Shown: positions 27,671 through 39,822 of the stretch, piece after piece
Layout: each line of letters opens with the position of its first letter
Position numbering within the stretch: the stretch's first letter is position 1
Source: Eledone cirrhosa
Taxonomy: Eukaryota
NCBI GenBank assembly: GCA_964016885.1
Contig: OZ024743.1
Location: 65,534,001 to 65,598,000, forward strand
Direction: 5' to 3'
Length of the DNA: 64,000 bases
The notes under the pieces: generated by a model
The model's input: only the letters and a program-made list of their open reading frames with translations
The model's database searches: none
Told to the model about the DNA's origin: nothing
Made by a program: the position numbers and the translations under genes

Positions 27671-28736
27671 TCAAAACAGGGGGCGCAGAGGACATAGACA
27701 ATGAAAAAAAAAAATAATAACGGAAAGACAGACAGTCAAATCTCCTCAGTCAACCCCGAGAAATCACTACGGTTTCAGTTAATTAATGTCGATACCTATC
27801 ATTCCAGTGCACATATGGACACAACAAAACAGGTAGAGAGGAGATATGCGCTCAGGAAAATCACACAAATATAGAGTGCACGAGGATTTAGCCAATTTAA
27901 GAAAATAACAGAGGACAAGACAAAGAACGAAAACAAATTTTAAGGGGAAACCTTAAAAAATTAATTAAGAATATAAAAATACAAACGAAGGACACAGCCG
28001 TTGAGAAGTATTTTCGCAGTATCGACCCCTACCAAATGTACAGCTGGCCCACTCGGGGTCACAGTGTCTGATACAAGCGAAACGTTGTCCAGTGGAGTAA
28101 AAGACGAGAGACAAACATTAATTTATAGCAATTAACCTACAACAAATACAAATAGAATTTTATGTGACGTCAAGGAAATGTGTGGTGCCTCTAATATTAC
28201 GACAGTCATGAATGAAACAAAGAAAAAAGCAAGAAAGAAGTAAGATATCGTGTTAAAAATGTGTAAGCAATTTAAATAGATGGTGGAGAAGAGATAACAA
28301 GTTCGTCACATTAGTTTTGATAAACTAAGGAAATTAACAAAGAGAGGACAAGACAGCGACCGAAAACAGACACTTTCCTCTTCGGTTCAGCTAATACCAA
28401 CGTTTTCAAGTTTTACTTGGAAAGGAAAGTGAAGGTAAAGGGGGAAGTACTCTCCTACAGTAAATTTACCAAAAGTGGGCGAAGGTAGCGAAAATGGTAG
28501 GGGTGAATGAGCTTGTGTCTGCTGATTGGACAACGACAGTTGGTAAGACACACGCCCTTGGGGGTCAGAATGATTGAGGATCTGTAGGGTTCCTCTATCA
28601 GCCATAGTACATGTATATGTGTATAACTAATTTACATATCATGTACACTTATTATCGCATTCTTTCTCATTTCTATGTAAACTCGTCTCTGTAATGTCTC
28701 ATTCGTTCGATGTTCTTCTGGAGAATAAAAGAAATG

Positions 28737-28769
<33 letters not shown>

Positions 28770-28823
28770 AAAGTAGCAGTAATACACTGAGTAATTGCTG
28801 GCCTTGTGCCAAAAGTAGAAACA

Positions 28824-28910
<87 letters not shown>

Positions 28911-28961
28911 GCAGTGATGTCGATGATAATGATAACGTGATGACGGTGATGATGGTGATAA

Positions 28962-29151
28962 TAATTGTTTCTACGTTTGGCACAAGGCCAGCAATTACCC
29001 AGTACATTACTGGTACTTTATTTTATCGACCCCGTAAGGATGAAAGGCAAAGTTAACCTCGGCGGGATTTGAACTCAGAATGGCAAGGGCCGTAACTCTA
29101 TGCTGCAAAGCATGGTGTCCGACCCTCTACCGATACTGCCAATCCACCGCC
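28962..29151 (-). mobile_element. SINE S1 full-length copy
   Basis: Complete head, core and tail on the minus strand. Confidence 0.85.
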
Positions 29152-29440
29152 TGATGATGGTGATAATAATGATGAAGATAACGATAATATAATCCTCAAG
29201 ATAATGATAATGACCATGATGATAACCCTGATGATGATGATGATGATGACCACGACGATGATGATTGCAATGGCGATGATGATGATGATCGCGATGCCGA
29301 TAATAATGATGATGATGATGACGATAATAATGACGATGATGATGATAATGGCGATGGCGATGATGATGACGATGATGATGATGACGATGATGATGACGAT
29401 GATGACGACAATGATGATGACGACGACTGCGATGATGATG
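29152..29440. repeat. Degenerate (GAT)n microsatellite
   Basis: Directly visible. Confidence 0.9.
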
Positions 29441-29639
29441 AAGAGAATTTCCAAGGAAGTTGTTTTCTCATTTCTCATAGACGAAATTCTTGAAATAAAG
29501 AAAAAGCAAAGAATAGATTAAAAAACAAAAACAAACAAAAAAGCAAAAAAAAAAAACAACAGAAAATAAAATAAAAAAAAACCCCAAAAACAAAAAAAAA
29601 ACATAACCTGTTGCCTGTTTATCTTTAGTATATCAGTAA

Positions 29640-29820
29640 CGGTGGATTGGTTAGTATCAGTAGTGGATCTGATGCTATGCTTCGCAACAAAGAGTTACGA
29701 CCCTTTATGGTCTGAGTTCAAATCCCGCCGAGGCTAACTTTGACTTTCATCCTTACAGGGTCGATAAAATAAAGTACCAATAATAATTGCTGGCCTTGTG
29801 CCCAAAGTAGAAATAATTAT
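29640..29820 (+). mobile_element. SINE S1 copy
   Basis: Head, B box, core and tail. Confidence 0.82.
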
Positions 29821-29859
29821 ATATATGTATTTATTATATTAGTACTGTATATATGTATG

Positions 29860-30085
29860 TGAAGGCCTGTGGCTGAATGGGTAGAGAACTGGGTTCATCA
29901 ATCTTGAAGTTGTGAGTTTGATTCCTGGACTGGGCGATGCGTTATGTCCTTGAACAAGACACTTTATTTCACGTTGCTTCTTCTGCCTGGAGTGGCGACT
30001 GATAGATAGTATTAGCAATTGGAAAGATCAACGGAAACATTGTTTCCTCGGTCCGATTTCACGAAAGTCTATCGTTCCTTTTTTT
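29860..30085 (+). mobile_element. SINE S2 copy
   Basis: Homologous to 5234-5452. Confidence 0.8.
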
Positions 30086-30148
30086 AAAAATATGTATTTA
30101 GTATATTAGTAATGTATATATGTATTTAGTATATTAGTATTATATATA

Positions 30149-30840
30149 CTAGCAGAAAAACCACCTTTCGTGTGGTTTTCTGCTAGCATCTGTAGTGTGC
30201 ATATTGATATTATACGCCAGTATATATACATGTAGATATGATACATCAAATAAAATCGCAATTGACAATATACACAAAAATTGAACGAAGACTGTGTTTC
30301 ACTGTCTTATGTAATCAGTAACGTAATCCATGATACATTAAAAAAAGGCGATATTATATATAAACTGCATTAGGAGAAAATTAGTGACGGAAATATATGA
30401 ATGTTTATTTAAGCGATCGCTAACCGGAAGTGCTGACATTTGAAAATTTTAAAGAAGTGAATCTTAAAATAAGCGACACAATTATTTGTATTTAATCAAG
30501 AATAACGAAATTTAGTAGATAAATTATATAATATTCATTCATTATTTATTCAAAGTAATGATGTGCGGTGAATTGGCAGTATCGGTAGAGGGTCGGACAC
30601 CATGCTTTCCAGCATAGTTACGTCCCTTTACGATCTGAGTTCAAATCCCGCCGCGGTTAACTTTGCCTTTCATCCTTACGGGGTCGATAAAATAAAGTAC
30701 CAGTAATACACTGAGTAATTGCTGGCCTTGTGCCAAAAGTAGAAACAATTATTTATTCAAAGTAATTCAACTTATCTTACAAACGGGATAAAAAAATATA
30801 TTCTGGACGCTGTCCCGCACTCCTTACTTTATTATAGTAT
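30149..30840 (-). mobile_element. Non-autonomous Helitron-like element with nested SINE
   Basis: Minus strand starts TATACTATAATAAA and ends AAAACCAC acgaaag GTGGTTTT..CTAG(T); it interrupts the 28-bp minisatellite. Confidence 0.6.
30565..30752 (+). mobile_element. SINE S1 full-length copy with target-site duplication
   Basis: Flanked by direct repeat TTATTTATTCAAAGTAAT. Confidence 0.88.
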
Positions 30841-31846
30841 ATATGTATTTATTATATTAGTATTGTATATATGCATTTAGTATATTAGTAGTGTATATAT
30901 GTATATATTATAATAGTAGTGTATATATATATGTAGTATAATAGTAGTGTATATATGTATTTAGTATATTAGTATTATATATATGTATTTAGTTTAGTAT
31001 TATATATATGTATTTAGTATATTAGTATTATATATATGTATTTAGTATATTAGTATTATATATATGTATTTAGTATATTAGTATTATATATGTGTATTTA
31101 GTATATTAGTATTATATATCTATTTAGTATATTAGTATTATATATATGTATTTAGTATATTAGTATTATATATATGTATTTAGTATAGTAGTATTATATA
31201 TATGTATTTAGTATATTAGTATTATATATATGTATTTAGTATATTAGTATTATATATATGTATTTAGTATATTAGTATTATATATATGTATTTAGTATAT
31301 TAGTATTATATATATGTATTTAGTATATTAGTATTATATATATGTATTTAGTATATTAGTATTATATATATGTATTTAGTTTAGTATTATATATATGTAT
31401 TTAGTATATTAGTATTATATATATGTATTTAGTTTAGTATTATATATATGTATTTAGTATATTAGTATTATATATATGTATTTAGTATGTTAGTATTATA
31501 TATATGTATTTAGTTTAGTATTATATATATGTAGTTAGTATAGTAGTATTATATATATGTATTTAGTATAGTAGTATTATATATATGTATTTAGTATATT
31601 AGTATTATATATATGTATTTAGTATAGAAGTATTATATATATGTATTTAGTATATTAGTATTATATATATGTATTTAGTTTAGTATTATTATATATATGT
31701 ATTTAGTATATTAGTATTATATATATGTATTTAGTATACTAGTATTGTATATATGTATATAGTATACTAGTATTATATGTATGTATTTAGTATACTAGTA
31801 TTGTGTATATGTATTTAGTACACTAATATTGTATATATGTATTTAG
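30841..31846. repeat. 28-bp AT-rich minisatellite (TATTTAGTATATTAGTATTATATATATG)n
   Basis: About 35 imperfect units; further units at ~30092-30148. Confidence 0.92.
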
Positions 31847-31992
31847 TTGTTGGTAATATTCTTTTTCTATTTATGATAAAAAAACATCATTGCTGGAATC
31901 AAGAAAATTCTTTCTGAAATGATATATATAACGAAACTCATGAAACATGAAAGACAAGCAGAAAATATTCATATTTGTTCTGGATTCTTAGA

Positions 31993-32033
<41 letters not shown>

Positions 32034-32078
32034 TACACAATCACACATATTTGTATGTATGTATGTATGTATATATAA

Positions 32079-32182
<104 letters not shown>

Positions 32183-32197
32183 GCATATAAGTATACA

Positions 32198-32251
<54 letters not shown>

Positions 32252-32334
32252 CACGCATATATGTATACATATATATGTATATATCTATATCTATATCTAT
32301 CTATCTCTATCTCCCTCCACTCACTCTCTCTCTC

Positions 32335-32372
<38 letters not shown>

Positions 32373-32376
<4 letters not shown>

Positions 32377-32563
32377 AACGAGTAGGACCCCGACGGCTGA
32401 GCTCAAGCCGTTTCGACGGCTAATTCAGTCCACAATTAGCCGTCGAAACGGCTTGAGCTCAGCCGTCGGGCTCCTACTCGTTCCTATTACCTACTCTACT
32501 ACCCTAAGTATTGAGTACTTTGGTGCGTTATGGTCCACCTGGTTCCTTACCACATTTCCTTCG

Positions 32564-32565
<2 letters not shown>
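32373..32565 (+). mobile_element. Family C fold-back element, copy 2
   Basis: ~53-bp hairpin arms around an 8-nt loop; right arm reads helix II-GAAA-CGGCTTGAGCTCAGCCG-TC-GGG; embedded in (TA)n. Confidence 0.75.
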
Positions 32566-32646
<81 letters not shown>

Positions 32647-33848
32647 AGGAAGAAAGTAGATATCCTCTTAAAATTACTTATAATTTAGTGCACGGTTGGC
32701 TTTTAAGAGCTGAATAAATTCGTTAACAATGGTTTATTTAACATTTGGAAGAACACAATTGAGAATAATGTTATAATATTCACACATCCATACTTTCTTT
32801 CTTGTCCATTTGTTTTCATAACTGACAAGGGTATAAAGACAGCTTCCTCTTTTAAACTGTTCCCATTTCTTTCACTTATGGATCAAGAAATCCCTTCGTC
32901 TCTTTCTTATCATTATCCCTTCCCCCTACCCCTACTCCATCCTCCTATTATTTAGCTTTGCCTTTCATCCTTACGGTGTCGATAACATAAAGAACCAATA
33001 ATGCATTGGGGTCGATTTAATCGACTTTTCCCTTCCCCCAAAAGGGTTGGCCTTGTGCCTAAATCAGAAACCATCATATCTATCTCTATCAAATACTTCA
33101 CACCTACCTATTCAGTATCTTATCTACCAATGAAGAATCTTCTAATCAAATCATACTAGCTATTTTAGAAATGTCTACAATACCAAACCAAATTCCACAC
33201 GAAACGAAAACCTACCACGGTTGCCGTCGTGAGCTCAGGTATCGTCAGACCCCGTACAGCCGAGTTCCTCTATAAAATCGGTACGTCAGCAGCCCATTTG
33301 TGGTGTCGCTAGTCATTTTCCGCGGAAATGCCTTTGCAGTTTTGGTCGCGGCGTGCAGCCGAAACACCGCCCGACCTAGATGTTGACTCTGTCATCTTCT
33401 CTCCTTCTCTCTCTCTTTCATCTTTGTCTAGTAGTCTCCTTTTTTTCCCTCCTTTTTTTCTCATTTACGACATGTATAGATCTTTCCTTTACTTTCCTAT
33501 AATGCCAGATCTGCCCTTCTTTACCCTTTCCCCTATTTTTTCATTACTTAATTAGGGTTTTATACAGTTTAGACATTTTCCATCATTGTATAACTTTTGT
33601 TTGTAAAATATATTTGATCAACAAATAAAATATACCCCACTCACTGACCATGACAAAACCATAGAAACAGTTTCCGTCAAGACAGCAATTACTGACTGAC
33701 GTGGCTCACTACAGCCCAGACTTCTATGTCACTGTCAACTTGTTTTGCGGGACTTATTAGACTATTAAATACTCAACCGTTAACCATTACAACTTCGTAA
33801 AACTGCTTTACGTTGGAAATTATATCCACTGCTCAGCATTATCTGTTG

Positions 33849-34040
33849 GGCGGTGGATTGGCAGTATCGGTAGAGGGTCTAACGCCATGCTTTGCAGCAA
33901 TGAGTTACGGCCCTTTATGGTCTGAGTTCAAATCCTGCCCAGGTTAATTTTGCCTTTCATCCTTACGAGGTCGATAAAATAAAGTACCAGTAATACACTG
34001 GGATAATTGCTGGCCTTGTGCCAAAAGTAGAAACAATTAT
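33849..34040 (+). mobile_element. SINE S1 full-length copy with target-site duplication
   Basis: Flanked by direct repeat ATTATCTGTTG. Confidence 0.88.
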
Positions 34041-34727
34041 CTGTTGTTTATACAGAGGATCTCCTTTCGTGTGTTAGTGGCCTTGGTAGCGATACCAACG
34101 TTGGTAGCGATAACTCGCAGTACACAAATAGACCATGTGGCAACTTTTCTCTGGAAGTTGTTATTATGGGCTCCCTCCTCTATGATATTTCACTCAGATA
34201 TCGAGCAGAGATATGTATGATGTAGTCGGTAAATTCCGTTTCAATGTTTCTATGGTTGTTAATATCGTTGAACATGTCATATATCTTGCTTCACTTCTCT
34301 CATAGCAATGAAATTGAAGATAGATATTGCTGAAAATAACAGATTTAAACATTCTGAGAATAGCAGCAGTCTACCAAAGTCGTTGTCGCCGACGACACCA
34401 CAAACACCACAAACACCACCACACCCTCCGCCTCCTCCGGCGCGGCCGGCACCACCACCCCTACCGCCATCGTCCTCGTCGCTGTTGTTGTTGTTGTTGT
34501 TGTTTGGTAACCTTGTTGAAGATTAGCTCAAGTCAACTTACGGTACGCAAGTATCAATCCCAATAAAACTTTCTAACAGTATTGCCACCATTTACCACCC
34601 AGACAGCAATAACTTATCCTTGGGGAGGGTAGGACTTTTGTCACTATGCAACGGTGTTTTTCTCAAGGGTTGGTGTAGCTCTCAATACTAATGTTTGGTA
34701 CTATCTGTTCCAAGATCTTACATATAT

Positions 34728-34819
<92 letters not shown>

Positions 34820-34858
34820 AGAGTATTGAAGTTTGCTTGAAGCATTGTGGAATAATAA

Positions 34859-35508
34859 GTAAATATCTTTAAGTCGTTTGGAAGCCTCGACAATGCAAAT
34901 GGGTAAATCTCCGGGTAACAAGATCCGGTGGTGGAGAGAGAGATGTAAGTGGGTGTACGTTGAGATGCGTGGTGTGTATAAGATGTGTAAATGTGTAGAA
35001 GAAAGAAGGGAAGAGTATAAAGGATAAAATAAATAATAACAACACAAGAGAGAGTTACCTTGGGAGAGATTTAATAGTCCCTATATATTTCGGATTCACA
35101 TCCATCACTGGGGTTTTTTTCCGGGGTAAAGGTTGCTGTCGGACAGGTGCGAAACGCGTCCTCCGCTGTTTGTTGTTTTGAATATTCAAAACAACAAACA
35201 GCGGAGGACGCGTTTCGCACCTGTCCGACAGCAACCTTTACCCCGGAAAAAAACCCCAGTGATGGATGTGAATCCGAAATATATAGGGACTATTAAATCT
35301 CTCCCAAGGTAACTCTCTCTTGTGTTGTTATTATTTATTTTATCCTTTATACTCTTCCCTTCTTTCTTCTACACATTTACACATCTTATACACACCACGT
35401 ATCTCAACGTACACCCACTTACATCTCTCTCTCCACCACCGGATCTTGTTACCCGGAGATTTACCCATTTGCATTGTCGAGGCTTTCAAACGACTTAAAG
35501 ATATTTAC
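34859..35508. repeat. 650-bp near-perfect spacerless palindrome
   Basis: 325-bp arms centred at 35183/35184; two mismatches noticed. Confidence 0.93.
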
Positions 35509-35847
35509 ATATATATATATATTGAAAGGATAACAAGGACGATTGGTTACTCCTTCATTACATTTATTGGTAGGTGACGCGCGTTTCGCCACTGATCAGC
35601 TCAAGGTTCGATCTATATCGATCTTACCCGACTCTATAATCGGCAGCTTGACGGACCCCTTAAAATGCTAGTAGAAAATGAATACATGCTATATGATAAA
35701 GTCAAAAGTTCATATATATATATATATATATATATTGGTAAAAGAAAAAGAAAATGCTGACAAATTGTTCCCAGTGAAAAATAGTTTAATTAGGAATAAG
35801 TAAAAATTAGTAATAAGTATTGGTTAGTATTCAGTTTTGGCTTTAAG

Positions 35848-35885
35848 TTTTTACCGGTTGCGCATTTCTAATGCTTTTCAAAAAT
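35848..35885 (-). ncRNA. Decayed U3-A8 hammerhead (GAAA to GCAA)
   Basis: TTT-TTGAAAA-GCAT tagaa ATGC-GCAA-CCGG-TA-AAA; homolog of 43768-43805. Confidence 0.55.
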
Positions 35886-35923
35886 AATTTTGAGATAGAG
35901 CGCCCGTGATGTTTGCTCTAATC

Positions 35924-35979
<56 letters not shown>

Positions 35980-36586
35980 CTTTTGACTTTACCTGGAGTT
36001 GCGACCGATAGATAGTATTAGCAATTGTAAAGACCAATGGAAACACTGTTTCCTCGGTCCGATTTGACGAAAGTCGATCGTTAGGAATATATATATAATT
36101 GCAAGTCTGAAGAACTATTAGATAAAATATATACAGTATTTCCTCTCCTAGTCCGTATAAATCAATCACATAAAAAATCGTATAAACGAGGTTATAAGTT
36201 TAAAATGTAATTATGAAGAAATAATAGACAAATGATACAGAATATCTTCCGCGATGTACAGCCATATGACATTTATCTAATTATTTCTTTTAGTCTGTAG
36301 AAATTGACTAGATAAATAATTAACTACACGGAGTTAGGTACAAAATAGAAGTTTGAAGAAAAAATGCGCATAAACATTACCAGTGTGTGTATTCATTGGA
36401 AGATGGCGTATGCATTTGTTGTTGTAATGTCAACGGCCATAACAACAACAAATGGATACGCCACATCATGGATTGCAAAAGGGAACCGTTGAAATAATTA
36501 TAATGAATAAACGATTTATGTAACATCAGCATCTTTCTTTCTTAATGTTATTCTTATATATATATATCCCGTAGTCGGGATTTTAC

Positions 36587-36695
<109 letters not shown>

Positions 36696-36877
36696 TGTAA
36701 AATCCCGACTACGGGACCAAGTGGTTTCGGCTTGGCGCGCCGCGGTCGGGTTCTTTCATATCTTTATACCCACTCTACATCTCCCCATGCAATGAGTACT
36801 CCCATGTCCCCCACCGTCTCACTGGGGCAATATTTTTAGTGTAGCATCGATAGATAGCTTCGAGTTCTGCAGCAAAC

Positions 36878-38020
36878 TTAACACTATATGTTGGTAATAA
36901 CTGAGATAATTTTAAACACTATATGTTGATAATAGCTGAGATCATTTTAAACACTATATGTTGGTAATAGCTGAGATCATTTTAAACACTATATGTTGAT
37001 AATAGCTAAGATCATTTTAAACACTATATGTTGGTAATAGCTGAGATCATTTTAAACACTATATGTTGATAATAGCTGAGATCATTTTAAACACTATATG
37101 TTGGTAATAGCTGAGATCATTTTAAACACTATATGTTGATAATAGCTGAGATCATTTTAAACACTATATGTTGGTAATAGCTGAGATCATTTTAAACACT
37201 ATATGTTGATAATAGCTGAGATCATTTTAAACACTATATGTTGATAATAGCTGAGATCATTTTAAACACTATATGTTGATAATAGCTGAGATCATTTTAA
37301 ACACTATATGTTGATAATAGCTGAGATCATTTTAAACACTATATGTTGGTAATAGCTGAGATCATTTTAAACACTATATGTTGATAATAGCTGAGATCAT
37401 TTTAAACACTATATGTTGATAATAGCTGGGATTATTTTAAACACTATATGTTGATAATAGCTGAGATGATTTTAAACATTATATGTTGATAATAGCTGAG
37501 ATCATTTTAAACACTATATGTTGATAATAGCTGAGATCATTTTAAACACTATATGTTGATAGTAGCTGAGATCATTTTAAACACTATATGTTGATAATAG
37601 CTGGGATTATTTTAAACAGTATATGTTGATAATAGCTGAGATCATTTTAAACACTATATGTTGGTAATAGCAGAGATCATTTTAAACACTATATGTTGAT
37701 AATAGCTGAGATCATTTTAAACACTATATGTTGGTAATAGCAGAGATCATTTTAAACACTATATGGTGATAATAGCTGGGATTATTTTAAACAGTATATG
37801 TTGATAATAGCTGAGATCATTTTAAACACTATATGTTGATAATACCTGGGATCATTTTAAACAGTATATGTTGATAATAGCTGAGATCATTTTAAACACT
37901 ATATGTTGATAATACCTGGGATCATTTTAAACAGTATATGTTGATAATAGCTGAGATCATTTTAAACACTATATGGTGATAATAGCTGGGATTATTTTAA
38001 ACAGTATATGTTGATAATAG
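36878..38020. repeat. 35-bp minisatellite (AAACACTATATGTTGATAATAGCTGAGATCATTTT)n
   Basis: About 32-33 homogeneous head-to-tail units with no spacers. Confidence 0.95.
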
Positions 38021-38615
38021 TTGGGTGCATTTTTCAAATTATATCGTCATTAGTTACAAGTTTTTTTCCGACGAACCAAACACTGGTTCCCGGCATGTCT
38101 AACGGTGAGAGTTAGTAATTCGATGCCGAGCAATACTCAAAGAAAGTCGTTAATAAATCACCGGCGTTTTCGGTTTTAACGCTGATGTTTATATCTTTTG
38201 CCGATAGACATGACATAAACCATTCCAGAGCATGTCTATGTTTGTTGTTGTTTACTCTTTGGCCAGTTCAGTGGTTACCATCACGTTTGTTTTAACATTA
38301 TCCAATATGACCTTCTTAGGGTGGTGTATTGGCAGAATCGTTAAAACGTCAGATAAAATACTTTACAGTATTAGTTGCGTCTCTCTGTGCTCTGTGTTCA
38401 AAATCCACAGAGGTTAACTTTGCTTTGCATCATTTCGGGGTCGATAAATCAAGTACAAGTCCAGTACTGGGGTTGATCGTTTCTCACCTCTTCTCGGGAA
38501 GAAATCAGTTGTGTTCGGACATGGAGAGGTGACGAGCTCTGCCAAATTTAAAATGCTCAAGAAATGCTGTCTGTCTCTATGGCGACCTTACGACTCCACT
38601 AGGAGTTATGAGACA

Positions 38616-38987
38616 ATGCAAACACGGAATATATCCTTCTTACCTTTAACAAAATAGGGGTTAAACTAAGGGAAACATAGCAGCTATTTCTAACAGGTTG
38701 AACGATCATATACAAACTGTATCGTTAGCTCGTCTATATATGTTTTAAACATATAAGTTTAATGTTTATATATGTTTGTTTTAAACGTATAATGAGTTCT
38801 GGGACCATGCAAACACGGTATGTAACCTCCTTACCTTTAACAAAATAGGGGGTAAACTAAGGGAAACATAGCAGCTATTTCTAACAGGTTGAACGACTAT
38901 GTACAAACTGTATCATTAGCTCCTCTATATATGTTTTAAACATATAAGTTTAATGTTTATATATGTTTTAAACGTATAATGAGTTCT
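38616..38987. repeat. ~190-bp tandem duplication
   Basis: 38616-38800 matches 38806-38987. Confidence 0.85.
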
Positions 38988-39345
38988 ATTAAACGACAAA
39001 CTCTTATGTTTGGTGTCAGGAGAGAATATCTTAAATTTTCATAAAGCGCAAACTCGGTGGTTTTGGATTTCATTAAAATAAACTGGAGACTGCTGCCTTG
39101 AACGAGGAGGGACCTTAAAGATCAATAATTTGGCATAGTCAAGGATCGTCGAAATGTGATATATTGTAGTGTAATTCACATATGTCACATATATTGTTAC
39201 ATATTGAAGTATAAAGAACAACAGCTTTATATTGACTGATACATTGTGTGTATCTCATAAAGATTATTCTAGAAGATTCAGCTGCTACACTGATGCAGTT
39301 GAGTAACTAACACAACTTGAGCTATTGCGTAAAGAAGTGTCGTAA

Positions 39346-39504
<159 letters not shown>

Positions 39505-39598
39505 TATATATGTATATATATACATATATATATATATATGTGTGTGGGTGTGTATATATATATATATTTACAACACTTCTTTACGCAATAGCTCAAGT

Positions 39599-39636
<38 letters not shown>

Positions 39637-39637
39637 C

Positions 39638-39668
<31 letters not shown>

Positions 39669-39669
39669 C

Positions 39670-39755
<86 letters not shown>

Positions 39756-39822
39756 GTATATATATAAATTTTCAATAACCACAATTTTTTTCTCTGCCTC
39801 TCTCCGTATATATATATATATA

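Noticed and set aside
34718-35577. Two identical-looking ORFs (MCCYYLFYPLY..) on opposite strands
   Set aside because: By-product of the palindrome; no protein motif.
36878-38020. 35-bp repeat as a CRISPR array
   Set aside because: No unique spacers, no cas genes, eukaryotic context.
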